Both the position numbers and the translations under genes were made by a program. Source: Candidatus Saccharibacteria bacterium UBA6824 (GTDB taxonomy: Bacteria > Patescibacteriota > Saccharimonadia > Saccharimonadales > UBA10212). From it: a stretch of DNA of 64,000 nucleotides. The stretch covers positions 9,851 to 73,850 of the forward strand of contig DKEK01000003.1 in assembly GCA_002452155.1 (NCBI GenBank), written 5' to 3'. A model generated the notes under the pieces. That model saw only the letters and a list, made by a program, of their open reading frames with translations. It searched no databases and was not told where the DNA came from. Numbering within the stretch: position 1 is the stretch's first letter; every line of letters begins with the position of its first letter. Positions 26,473 through 35,593 of the stretch are shown one piece after another.

Positions 26473-28665
26473 ATGCGACTTCTGAAAAACAAAAAAACAA
26501 TATTCATCGCCTTAATTATAGCCGCCTTTGCTGCGGTTGGCGGCGGTATTTGGCTGCAAAGCAATCAGCCCAGCCGTGAGGCCGAACCAGGACGGCCGCA
26601 AACTTCGCTTCCAGGTGCCATCTCACCGTCAGGTCCGACGGCCTACGAAGGGGCTAAGCACGCGACTCAACAAAGCGTTGTCCGGTTCAGCGATGAAGCC
26701 AACAAACAAGACTTCCTAAAAGCTAATAATTTATCTTCGGATGACTTAAAGAAGGTAGACGAATTGCCCAATACCTACATTGTTAACCGACCGGAGGGTC
26801 AGTTAACCCCGTCCGGCGCATTGGTATCAGAACAAAAACAGTACATGGCGCTGCTGGCACCCAATGATCCAATTTATCCTCAGTGGTATACCGATAAGAT
26901 TTCGGCGCCAGCGGCTTGGGATACTTCTACCGGTTCAAGTAGCACAGTTGTAGCCGATATCGACACCGGTTTTGCCCTAAACCATGAAGACTTAGCCGAC
27001 CGCTGGGCCATTAATCCAAGCGAGTCAGGGCCGACAGTCCAGCAAGGGCCGGCACCTAATTGCACAAGCCGAGGCCTGGCCTTGGATAAGAATTGTAATA
27101 ATTTAGATGAAGATGGTGATGGAAATGTCGATAACTGGCGTGGTTGGGATTTTGCCCACAACGATAACGACCCGTTAGCCGGCACCACCAGCCCCAGTAG
27201 TAGCGGTGCTACCCACGGCACCGAAACCGCCGGTCTGATTGGTGCTAGCGGCAATAACGCTAAGGGTGTAGCTAGTATTAACTGGGGGGCCAAGATTTTG
27301 CCAATCGAAGCCCTTGACGATAACGGCATTGGTTCCACAACCGCTGTCGCCTCGGCTATCCACTACGCAGTAGACCAAGGCGCTAAGGTTATCAATATGA
27401 GCCTAGGCACCGCCTCCCAAGACCCCATCTTGAAAGCCGAGCTCGATTATGCTCAGGCCCACGATGTGGTGGTACTGGCCGCCGCCGGTAACTGTGGCAG
27501 TCCTACTAGCTACAACTTAAATGGCTGCAGCGTGGTTGGGCAGATGATTTATCCGGCTAATTACCCCCAGGTTTTGGCGGTTGGAGCCACAGATATAAAT
27601 GATAACCGGGCCAGTTTTAGTAGTTGGGGGTCAAACTTAGATGTTGTAGCTCCCGGTTCTGGTAGCCTAAGAACTACCGTGTGGTCGGCAGACAACCAGA
27701 CTAGCCTATACTCTACCGACATTAATGGCACTTCCTTTTCCTCACCCATAGTAGCCGGCCTAGCGGCACTTTATAGGGGCCTTAAGCCAGCCGCCAGCGC
27801 TAACGAAACGGTTAACGCTATCACTAGTAACACTGATAAGGTCAGCGGCATGGCCGGCCAAAACTTTACTAATGATTACGGCTTTGGCCGAGTTAATACG
27901 GCCCATGCCCTAAATGGAACACCACCGGTAGCGCCAGCACCGGCGCCACTGCCCAATTCCACTGCTACGACCCTAAGTGCGGGTGGCATATTGCACAAGG
28001 ATGATTACCTGCTGTCTCCCGACGGCCGCTCGGCGCTGGCGCTGCAGCGCAACGGCAATTTTGTTCTTTACGACAACTTCAAATTGGTCTGGGAAACCGG
28101 TGCTCTAGGCAGAGCTGCTGACCGAGCGATTATGCAGCCCGACGGCAATTTTGTGGTCTACGACAGTAGCAACCAAGCGCTTTGGAACAGCACCACCGAC
28201 GGCAACGCCGGCGCCCGTCTGATTATGCAAACCGATGGCAATGTGGTGATTTACAGTTCTAGCAACGTAGTGCTCTGGGCAACCCACACCCTGCACAACC
28301 CCGACAATTTGAACTATATTATGTCACCGGGCTTCGGCGGTATCGCCACGATGTATCCCGGCCAGAGTATTTATACGCCAGACCGGCGCTTCCGCCTGAT
28401 ATTACAGACCGATGGAAATTTAGTACTTTATTCACCGACCAAAGCCCTGTGGGCTTCCGGTACCGACGGCCAACCGACAGCCTTTTTAACCCTGCAGTCC
28501 GATGGAAATTTAGTTTTGTATGACCGCAGCGTCCATCCGCTATGGGCTAGCTACACCGTCAGGTTTGGCCTCACCAGGTTGATAGTGCAGGGCGATGGAA
28601 ACTTGGTGCTCTACGACCAGTTTAATGTTGCCCGTTGGAATACTGAAACCGCAGGCGCCTCATAG
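26473..28665 (+). CDS. secreted subtilisin-like S8 serine protease fused to two C-terminal bulb-type (MMBL) lectin domains
   Basis: Signal anchor IFIALIIAAFAAVGGGIWL. S8 triad blocks VVADIDTGF (D), THGTETAG (H), INGTSFSSPIVAG (S). Six lectin sub-motifs: LQRNGNFVLY, MQPDGNFVVY, MQTDGNVVIY, LQTDGNLVLY, LQSDGNLVLY, VQGDGNLVLY (QxDxNxVxY). Confidence 0.85.
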   Translation: MRLLKNKKTIFIALIIAAFAAVGGGIWLQSNQPSREAEPGRPQTSLPGAISPSGPTAYEGAKHATQQSVVRFSDEANKQDFLKANNLSSDDLKKVDELPNTYIVNRPEGQLTPSGALVSEQKQYMALLAPNDPIYPQWYTDKISAPAAWDTSTGSSSTVVADIDTGFALNHEDLADRWAINPSESGPTVQQGPAPNCTSRGLALDKNCNNLDEDGDGNVDNWRGWDFAHNDNDPLAGTTSPSSSGATHGTETAGLIGASGNNAKGVASINWGAKILPIEALDDNGIGSTTAVASAIHYAVDQGAKVINMSLGTASQDPILKAELDYAQAHDVVVLAAAGNCGSPTSYNLNGCSVVGQMIYPANYPQVLAVGATDINDNRASFSSWGSNLDVVAPGSGSLRTTVWSADNQTSLYSTDINGTSFSSPIVAGLAALYRGLKPAASANETVNAITSNTDKVSGMAGQNFTNDYGFGRVNTAHALNGTPPVAPAPAPLPNSTATTLSAGGILHKDDYLLSPDGRSALALQRNGNFVLYDNFKLVWETGALGRAADRAIMQPDGNFVVYDSSNQALWNSTTDGNAGARLIMQTDGNVVIYSSSNVVLWATHTLHNPDNLNYIMSPGFGGIATMYPGQSIYTPDRRFRLILQTDGNLVLYSPTKALWASGTDGQPTAFLTLQSDGNLVLYDRSVHPLWASYTVRFGLTRLIVQGDGNLVLYDQFNVARWNTETAGAS
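27994..28662 (+). repeat. tandem-lectin coding module, copy 1 (paralogous to 36920-37600)
   Basis: The protein segments align end to end: HKDDYLLSPDGRSALALQRNGNFVLYDNFKLVWETG... against HRDDYLLSPDAQSALTLQRNGDLALYSNFQLVWESG..., both ending WNTxTAGA. Nucleotide similarity is visible by eye. Confidence 0.8.
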
Positions 28666-30699
28666 GGCCTGCATGTTAGTAACATCAACCGGTGCGGTCG
28701 TACTTAGATAAATTGGCTGGTCTGGGGACGCAGTAAACTCAACCTGTGTGTTAGCTACCCGCCCCTCCCACAGGACTTTTTTATTTTGAGTAACTACTAG
28801 TTTGGCAGGGCTGGCGGCAATAGCCTCGGCGCCAAACGAAACATTATATTGGCCAGCCAAGCGGCTACCGTTTATGTTTTGAATGCCCATACTGCCGCTG
28901 GCAAGAAGAACGCGGTGGCTAATCAGTTTTGGGTCGACCGATAAAGCGCTCAAGCCGCCGGTGGTTTCTAAAGCAACTGGTCGCGGCTGGACGTCATTAC
29001 TAATTCGATAAGCAAAAACAAGCGGTCCTTTGTGCATAGCTGCGTCATTGGGCCTGAAGTAGCTGACCAGATCTGGGTCGTAGGTTTCGTCAAAACCCAA
29101 AGTAGTTATGAGATCAACGCCCCGGGCTTTCAAAACACCTAGAGTTTGCTTGTCGTTCAGACCGGCAATGGCGGTGTGGAAGCTATCGCGGCCAAGATTG
29201 GGATCGTTGGCGTTAACTAAGCTTTTGCCGTGCACCTGGGCGTAAGTAAAAGTTAAGGGCTCGGTGAGAAGATCGACCATTGGATACTCGGCAATCACTT
29301 TGACTGAGCTGTCCCGGGCGATTGTTTTGTAAATCTGGGGGGTGTCTTTATATAGGTCGCCGTGGGGCCGCAATGGCGAAGTTAAATATTCGCAGAATAG
29401 CAAGGTGCTGAGTAGTCCGATAAAGACAAGATACCAAGGCCGCCGCCATTTTCTGACCAGGATGTATGTGCCGGCGGCGGCCAGGATTATTAACAGCGGA
29501 TCGATAACCAAAAAAAAGCGCGACAACACGCGCCAGTTGTCGGTCAGTTTAATAAGTACCCGCGCCAAGCTGTATTTATAAGGCAAAGAGAATAAAAGCA
29601 GAGTTAGGGTTGTGCCGACACAAATCATCACTAAGCCGCGGTAACTGAGGTTTTCTTTGAGCTTCGGATTTTTGTTCTTTTTACTCAGCGCGGCGGCGAT
29701 GGCAACTGCGCCCATAGCCAGGATAGTAAAGCCAACGTAAAGAGTGTCTTCGCTGGCATTAGAGCCGTGCTGACGGTGAGCATGCCAGCCCAAATAGCTC
29801 GCCGGCATCAGTGGGTTGTTAATAGCAGGCATTACAAATTCAATCGGCCGGACGCCGTAGATTTTTTGCTCGATACGTATCGGGCTGCGGACAGCGGCCA
29901 ACGTACCGCTGATCTGGTCGCCGTGCCTGGCCTGGGTGTAAAGAACTGGCAGTGTCAAAATAATTAGTAGGCCGGCGAACCAAGCAAAATACCGGGCGTG
30001 GCTCTTTATAAACTTTTTAAAATCACTCCGGAGTTGTGATGCCAGCGAGAAAAATATTAAGCAGGCCAGTAAAAGTGCCGTGAATAACACGAAGTAACCA
30101 TCAAAGTAAAAACCGGCCGCCGACACCACTGCAAGCAGGCTGGCACGTTTATATGACGGTTTTTGTAAAAACCATAAATAAGCCCAGATAATTGCTATAA
30201 AAACGCTGGCGCCGGCATAGACAATATGGCTTTGGGCTTTAAATTGGTGGAATGGCACAAAGGCCGCGGCGTAGCCGGCAAAATAAGCGATAGCTGTACG
30301 TTTAAACAGCCATCTAATGAGGCCAAACATTAAAAGGGCTGTGCTCATATAGCCCAGTAGTAACATTAAGTTCAAGCCGCAAATTGGCGTGGTAAGGGTT
30401 GATAAGGCGCGGTAAGGGACATTAAAAGCCTCGGAGGCGATAAACTGCGGCCGGTTGATTGATTCACCCAAGGGATAGTTACTTTTGTCAGTGTGCCCCC
30501 AGGTTAAATGGTTGCCGCTGGCCCACTGGAACCAAGCCAGACCACCGGTGCTGTCGCTATTAAAAGCCGTGGTTGTGGTAGAGCAGCTGGTGATGGCCGG
30601 CCCCATGTAGAACAGCGAGACAGCGAAAAAAACTACGGTGGCAAGTACCCATTGGACCCATGTTTTGGAGATATACGCCCCCAGCTTAACCATATCCAT
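28660..30699 (-). CDS. large polytopic membrane protein, candidate GT-C-fold glycosyltransferase (YfhO/ArnT-like)
   Basis: About 13 TM segments in the first ~440 aa, then a ~230-aa soluble C-domain. It lies next to the flippase and GtrB-like GT2 genes. I could verify no catalytic motif. Confidence 0.5.
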   Translation of the reverse strand: MDMVKLGAYISKTWVQWVLATVVFFAVSLFYMGPAITSCSTTTTAFNSDSTGGLAWFQWASGNHLTWGHTDKSNYPLGESINRPQFIASEAFNVPYRALSTLTTPICGLNLMLLLGYMSTALLMFGLIRWLFKRTAIAYFAGYAAAFVPFHQFKAQSHIVYAGASVFIAIIWAYLWFLQKPSYKRASLLAVVSAAGFYFDGYFVLFTALLLACLIFFSLASQLRSDFKKFIKSHARYFAWFAGLLIILTLPVLYTQARHGDQISGTLAAVRSPIRIEQKIYGVRPIEFVMPAINNPLMPASYLGWHAHRQHGSNASEDTLYVGFTILAMGAVAIAAALSKKNKNPKLKENLSYRGLVMICVGTTLTLLLFSLPYKYSLARVLIKLTDNWRVLSRFFLVIDPLLIILAAAGTYILVRKWRRPWYLVFIGLLSTLLFCEYLTSPLRPHGDLYKDTPQIYKTIARDSSVKVIAEYPMVDLLTEPLTFTYAQVHGKSLVNANDPNLGRDSFHTAIAGLNDKQTLGVLKARGVDLITTLGFDETYDPDLVSYFRPNDAAMHKGPLVFAYRISNDVQPRPVALETTGGLSALSVDPKLISHRVLLASGSMGIQNINGSRLAGQYNVSFGAEAIAASPAKLVVTQNKKVLWEGRVANTQVEFTASPDQPIYLSTTAPVDVTNMQAL

Positions 30700-30727
30700 C
30701 TATTGTATACTGACAAGTAAGATATCC

Positions 30728-32002
30728 ATGAGTATTTCTGCCTCTAATACCAAGGCACCAAACTATTATAAAAGCAGTGCAGTTTTCTTATTTCTTTCCC
30801 TGCTGTCGGCGGTCATCAACTACGCCTACTACCCAGTTATTGCCCGCTTTTTAACGCCGGCGGACTTTGGCGCCGTCCAAGCCCTGGTCGCGATTTTGCT
30901 GCAAGTCGGGGCGATATTTGCCGGGCTCAATTTAGCCACTATATACCTGGTCAATAAGCTAAACTTTGAGCGATCCAAAAGAGCCGTAGAAATCTTACAG
31001 AAGTTAACGACCGGTGTATTTATAGCCGCAACGATGGCCGTGATTATCTTTCAGGCCGCCGTCATGAACTTTTTAAACATCGACAACCCCCTGTATATAT
31101 TTATCCTGGCATTGGACTTAATCACTACTATCCCCTTTATCATTGCTTTTGGTTATTTGCAGGCCCGGCGCCAGTTTGTGACCGCCGGTACGCTGCAACT
31201 GAGTGTTGTCCTGGTCAAGTTGTTTGCCGGTGCCGCTTTGGCGAGGCGATACGGAGCCAGCGGCGCCTTGGCCGGCATTGCCCTGGGCCAAGTTCTGGGA
31301 ATGTTTTTATTCTGGATTGTCGGCAGCTTTTATCATTTTCGTCTATGGGATCACAGGGTCTTGGGCGGCCTGAGCTTGCCCTCAGCAGCGGAGCTAAAGT
31401 TTATTAAGCCGTTGGCCAAAGCTACCGGCGCTATATTTTTAGTCAACGTGATTCTAGTCATTTATATTTCGTTTAGCATCATCGCCGCGCGGCATTATTT
31501 TGAACCCCATACCAGCGGCCTCTTCACCGGTGCCTCGACGATTGCCAGCGCTGCAGTATTTGTCTGCCTGCCGCTCATCGGCGTCCTGCTACCGCACCTA
31601 AACATAAAAAGTCTGGTCGCTAATAAATCAGAGCTAGCTAAAACCAGCGCCATGGTGCTAATAGTAGCTGGGGCGTCCATAGCGGTCCTGGCGGCCGTCT
31701 CGTCGCAGCTGCTGCAAATTTTTGGCAAAGATTACCGGGCAATGAGTTATTTAATGGTTCGGCTGGGCATTATGATGTCGCTGGTAGCAACTATTAGTTT
31801 GGCGTCTCAAGTTGGCGCCTTTTACGCGCCCGTCCGGACGGCTGTTATCTGTCTGGCCGGGTTTTTGGTACTGGCAATCGCCGTCATGAAAAACCACGCC
31901 ACATTGGCGTCTTTTGTTTCGACTATGACAGCCGTTTTTGCTACCATAGCCCTAGTTGGCATTTTGCAAATAATATGGATATATAATCATGGCAGCCAGT
32001 GA
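30728..32002 (+). CDS. Wzx-type oligosaccharide flippase (MOP superfamily)
   Basis: 12-TM profile. The N-terminal block LLSAVINYAYYPVIARFLTPADFGAVQAL is typical of polysaccharide biosynthesis (Wzx) proteins. I moved the start from the track's 30638 to the ATG at 30728, because the extension overlaps the divergent gene. Confidence 0.7.
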   Translation: MSISASNTKAPNYYKSSAVFLFLSLLSAVINYAYYPVIARFLTPADFGAVQALVAILLQVGAIFAGLNLATIYLVNKLNFERSKRAVEILQKLTTGVFIAATMAVIIFQAAVMNFLNIDNPLYIFILALDLITTIPFIIAFGYLQARRQFVTAGTLQLSVVLVKLFAGAALARRYGASGALAGIALGQVLGMFLFWIVGSFYHFRLWDHRVLGGLSLPSAAELKFIKPLAKATGAIFLVNVILVIYISFSIIAARHYFEPHTSGLFTGASTIASAAVFVCLPLIGVLLPHLNIKSLVANKSELAKTSAMVLIVAGASIAVLAAVSSQLLQIFGKDYRAMSYLMVRLGIMMSLVATISLASQVGAFYAPVRTAVICLAGFLVLAIAVMKNHATLASFVSTMTAVFATIALVGILQIIWIYNHGSQ

Positions 32003-32933
32003 TAAACCATTTCTACTTTCGATCGTCATTCCGGTTTTTAACGAATCGGAGGGTTTGGCGCATTTCCACGCCGCCCTCGACCGCGAGCTTAAAGGCCACG
32101 GTTGGCGGCAGCAAATTATTTATGTCGATGACGGCAGCAACGACGAAACACCAGCCATTTTGAAAAAGATTGCCGCCGGCGATGAGCGGGTCAAGCTGCT
32201 TAGTTTGTCACGCAACTTCGGTAAAGAACAAGCCACCACTGCCGGCCTGCACGCGGCCGTCGGTGACGCCGTAATTATTATTGATGGCGATGGCCAGCAC
32301 CCGGTAGAGCTAATCCCCAAATTTGTGCAGCGCTGGCAGAAAGGCGCCCACGTAGTTATTGGCGTGCGTACCGCCAATCAAAAAGAAGGCTTTATAAAAC
32401 GCGCCGGGTCAAGGTTGTTTTATAGTTCCCTGCGGGTTTTTGGCGTGCCTAATATAGTGCCCGGTTCAACCGACTTTCGACTGATCGATAAGCAAGTCCT
32501 GTCGGAATTTAAAAAATTGACCGAGCGTAACCGTGTCACCCGTGCTTTAATCGACTGGCTGGGCTATGAGCGCGACTATATCGACTTCGTGGCCAACCCA
32601 CGCCGTCACGGCACTGCTACCTACTCATTTAAAAAGCTGGTTCGTCTAGCGCTTAACGGCTTTGTGTCACTCAGCTTCATGCCGCTTTACCTGTCTGGCT
32701 ATATGGGCGTCTTTATTACTTTTTTGAGTTTCATCGCCAGTATTTTTGCAATTGTCGAAAAATACCTGCTGGGCGATCCCCTGGGTTGGAACATCACCGG
32801 CACGGCAATCTTGGGCATCATGATACTATTCTTGGTCGGAATTTTATTGATCGGCCAGGGGCTGCTGGCCATTTATGTAGCCCGAATTTACACCGAAGTC
32901 CAAAACCGGCCACTATACATCATCAAAGATTAG
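31989..32933 (+). CDS. GT2 polyprenyl-phosphate glycosyltransferase (GtrB/CsbB/DPM1-like) with two C-terminal TM helices
   Basis: LLSIVIPVFNESEGL, YVDDGSNDET, the IIIDGDGQHP DxD block, and two C-terminal TM segments. Confidence 0.8.
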   Translation: MAASDKPFLLSIVIPVFNESEGLAHFHAALDRELKGHGWRQQIIYVDDGSNDETPAILKKIAAGDERVKLLSLSRNFGKEQATTAGLHAAVGDAVIIIDGDGQHPVELIPKFVQRWQKGAHVVIGVRTANQKEGFIKRAGSRLFYSSLRVFGVPNIVPGSTDFRLIDKQVLSEFKKLTERNRVTRALIDWLGYERDYIDFVANPRRHGTATYSFKKLVRLALNGFVSLSFMPLYLSGYMGVFITFLSFIASIFAIVEKYLLGDPLGWNITGTAILGIMILFLVGILLIGQGLLAIYVARIYTEVQNRPLYIIKD

Positions 32934-32980
32934 TTCTCGGGAAAATAGCCCGAGTGTCGGATTTATTCCGCACCCGACGC

Positions 32981-33011
32981 GATAAGAAACCCCGAAGGGG
33001 TGTCTTATAAG
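32981..33011. terminator. hairpin between convergent genes (possible bidirectional terminator)
   Basis: GATAAGAAACCCC GAA GGGGTGTCTTATAAG is an imperfect stem. No clean U-tract. Confidence 0.35.
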
Positions 33012-33035
33012 GCAAAGCGAAAGCGTAGCCGCATT

Positions 33036-34160
33036 TCATAACAGGTCAAGCATTTGCAGAACGCGGTGTTCATAAGTATGTGCGGCCAGGACTTTTTGGC
33101 GCCCAGCCTGGGCAATTTTTTTAGCTTCGGCTTCGTGATTAAAGTAATAATCGATTTTATCAAACCAATCCTCTTTTGATCTAGCTATAACCAGCTCTTT
33201 ACCTTCAACGAAATAATCGCGCACGCAAGCGACATCGTCCGAGATTTCGAAGCCGCCGCAAAAAGGGATTTTAAATGTCCGTTCGTTACAGTCGCCGCCA
33301 TACCGGCGTTGGTAGTCCTCGTGGATATTGACTAGGACTTTGGAGCTGGCGTAGATTTTGGCCTCCTCGCCAAGCTTGAGTGGTGGTTTCTGCAAACTCT
33401 TAATTACCGGTAGGTTAAAATACTGGCCGCCTTTGGTGACGTAGCCCAGCAGGCGGCTACGGCGTGTCCAATCCTGGCCATAGAGTTTTAGGTCGTATTT
33501 ATCATCCAGAGGGAACAGCCATTCCTTAAAATATTGACGCTTTTGCGGCAGGTTGGTACCAATGAAAGAAATATCGGCCTTAAATTTTGGTGTAAAGATC
33601 GGCTTTAGGCTGTAAGGATCAGCCGCTAAGGGAATTGTTATGTAGCCTTGGCCGGCAAACTTAGCGAAACCGTCCATGCGCTTATCGCTTTGGCCGGCCA
33701 CGTGGAAATAATAATCGCCCAGCAGTCCGGCTTTAATTAGTCGCTTAGCCTCTTTATCGTCTTTCATGCTGGGTGCTTCGTTGATACGGTTTTTGTTGAG
33801 CGGCGAATCCCAAAAATCAATTTTACTTAGCAGCACCAGGCCGCGAGATTGACGCCAGCGCTTCAGCAGTTCATGGTCTAAAAATTTGCGGTAGAAGAAA
33901 TGGCTGGCGGTGATGAATAGCTGCGGCTTATGCTCATTTAAAAACTCTTCCAGATCCTGGCCGGGCGAAAAGACCACAAATTTGTGGCCCATCTGCTTGA
34001 AAGCGTTTTGGAAACCAATGAACACATAGCGCGTGGCATAGATGGTGTCGGGATACGGGTTGTGGTAGGCAACCGTGATTGACTCACTCATCCCGTTAGA
34101 AGTCCGACTCGCAAGCGAATCGGCAGAAATTTTCGATTTCTTACTTCTAACGGGACTCAT
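33036..34160 (-). CDS. CgeB-family (Glyco_trans_1_2) glycosyltransferase
   Basis: The C-terminal block NERTFKIPFCGGFEISDDVACVRDYFVEGKELVIARSKEDWFDKIDYYFNHEAEAKKIAQAGRQKVLAAHTYEHRV matches the CgeB-type pattern. ATGA overlap with the upstream GT2. Confidence 0.65.
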   Translation of the reverse strand: MSPVRSKKSKISADSLASRTSNGMSESITVAYHNPYPDTIYATRYVFIGFQNAFKQMGHKFVVFSPGQDLEEFLNEHKPQLFITASHFFYRKFLDHELLKRWRQSRGLVLLSKIDFWDSPLNKNRINEAPSMKDDKEAKRLIKAGLLGDYYFHVAGQSDKRMDGFAKFAGQGYITIPLAADPYSLKPIFTPKFKADISFIGTNLPQKRQYFKEWLFPLDDKYDLKLYGQDWTRRSRLLGYVTKGGQYFNLPVIKSLQKPPLKLGEEAKIYASSKVLVNIHEDYQRRYGGDCNERTFKIPFCGGFEISDDVACVRDYFVEGKELVIARSKEDWFDKIDYYFNHEAEAKKIAQAGRQKVLAAHTYEHRVLQMLDLL

Positions 34161-34975
34161 TTACTGGAGCGGATTTTATTGAATAACCAAAAACGCAGCC
34201 GCGGCGGCATCAGGTACATGGTGGCAAATTGGACTCCGTTATAAATTTTGTCAGCTAGCGTCACCTCGTAGCCGTAATTTCTGACTGCTTGGCGGCGAAC
34301 GTAGAATGTCTTTTTTTCCATAAGACGGGCGCCGCGCTGGGTAACTGACTGCTTGTGCGTCCGGACGCGGTAAAGCGGTTCGGCCAGGTTGGCCAGTTCG
34401 CCTTTGGCGCCGAGCCGCATCGCCAGATCGATATCTTCTGCCGGCTCTAATTGCGGATTGTAGGCCGGCGACTCCAGTTTATCGGCTCTGATCATTAAAC
34501 TGGCCAGGCAAAAAGGCGAGTAGCGGAAAAAAGTCCGACGGATTTCTTGATTGCCTAGCGGGTAGCGGCGGTCATTGAGGCGGTTCATTTGCCCGTCGCA
34601 CCACTGTGCGGCGGTTCCAACGGCCACCACATCTGAATTAGTTTCTAAGAATTTAAGCTGTTTTTCCAGGCTGGTGGGCAGGCGCTCATCATCGCTATCG
34701 AGAAGTGCTATGTATTTGCCCTTGGCCTTGGAAATTGCAAAGTTGCGGCTACGGGTTTGTTTGATATTTTGCTTATTGTGGTAGGCTCGGATGCGTTTGT
34801 CCTTCCCTGCCAAGCGGTCGATAACTTCGCCGGTTTTATCACTGCTAGCGTCATTAACCACGATTAGTTCCCAGTTCTTGTAAGTTTGGTTCAACAGACT
34901 ATCAACCGCCGTCTCGATATAGTCTTCATTGTTCCAGGCCGGCATAATGACAGACACCAGTGGTTCGGATTTCAT
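34157..34975 (-). CDS. GT2-family glycosyltransferase
   Basis: VSVIMPAWNNEDYIETAVDSLLNQTY, VVNDASSD, and ALLDSDDE (DxD). Confidence 0.8.
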   Translation of the reverse strand: MKSEPLVSVIMPAWNNEDYIETAVDSLLNQTYKNWELIVVNDASSDKTGEVIDRLAGKDKRIRAYHNKQNIKQTRSRNFAISKAKGKYIALLDSDDERLPTSLEKQLKFLETNSDVVAVGTAAQWCDGQMNRLNDRRYPLGNQEIRRTFFRYSPFCLASLMIRADKLESPAYNPQLEPAEDIDLAMRLGAKGELANLAEPLYRVRTHKQSVTQRGARLMEKKTFYVRRQAVRNYGYEVTLADKIYNGVQFATMYLMPPRLRFWLFNKIRSSK

Positions 34976-35074
34976 TGTCCCATTAAATGTAACATAGACG
35001 AGTGTCTAGCAATAACCCTTCAAAACTCTAGTGCTTGGTGGTATAGTAAGCTGTAGGTAAGTCAAGATAAATAT

Positions 35075-35590
35075 ATGGCTAAAAGACTCAAAAAGCTAAA
35101 AAAACTGGCTCGAAGACCGTTACCGTTAGCAGTAACCTTAGTTTTGATTTTGATCGCTCTTGGGCTGGGTTGGGTCCATTGGCATAATAAATCTCCGCAG
35201 ACGACTACTGGCGGCAGTTTGAGCCCGGCGACCACCGCCGAAAAACAAGCGGCTGCCGACCACAAAGACCAAATCGTCCAGCAACAACAGAACCAGTCTA
35301 GCCCGGCCGCCTCAGGCACTAAGAGTGTAACCCTTGTGATAACGGAAGCCAGTTCAACTGGTATTAAGGGTTATGTCCAGGGCGTCTTCGAAGATGGTGG
35401 CACCTGCACCGCTACTGCTACTCAGGGTTCACAAACCGTCACTAAAACTTCAGCTGGTTTTGCCAATGTATCCTACACCCAGTGCGCGCCGATTAACTGG
35501 ACGTTAGGTTCTGGTACGTGGACAGTTAGTTTAAGTTATAAATCAGTGTCTGCTTCCGGCAGTGCCAGCAGAACCATTGAGGTCAAATAA
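35075..35590 (+). CDS. membrane-anchored secreted protein, unknown function
   Basis: K/R-rich N-terminus plus the TM PLAVTLVLILIALGLGWV, a Q/S/T linker, and a ~90-aa beta-rich C-domain with two Cys. It ends 3 nt before the next gene. Confidence 0.5.
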   Translation: MAKRLKKLKKLARRPLPLAVTLVLILIALGLGWVHWHNKSPQTTTGGSLSPATTAEKQAAADHKDQIVQQQQNQSSPAASGTKSVTLVITEASSTGIKGYVQGVFEDGGTCTATATQGSQTVTKTSAGFANVSYTQCAPINWTLGSGTWTVSLSYKSVSASGSASRTIEVK

Positions 35591-35593
35591 ATT

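Noticed and set aside
30638-30727. Track-predicted 5' extensions of the flippase (start 30638) and of wzt (start 42396).
   Set aside because: Both extensions overlap the neighbouring gene substantially and encode non-conserved sequence. Internal ATGs at 30728 and 42324 give canonical N-termini and tight gene spacing.
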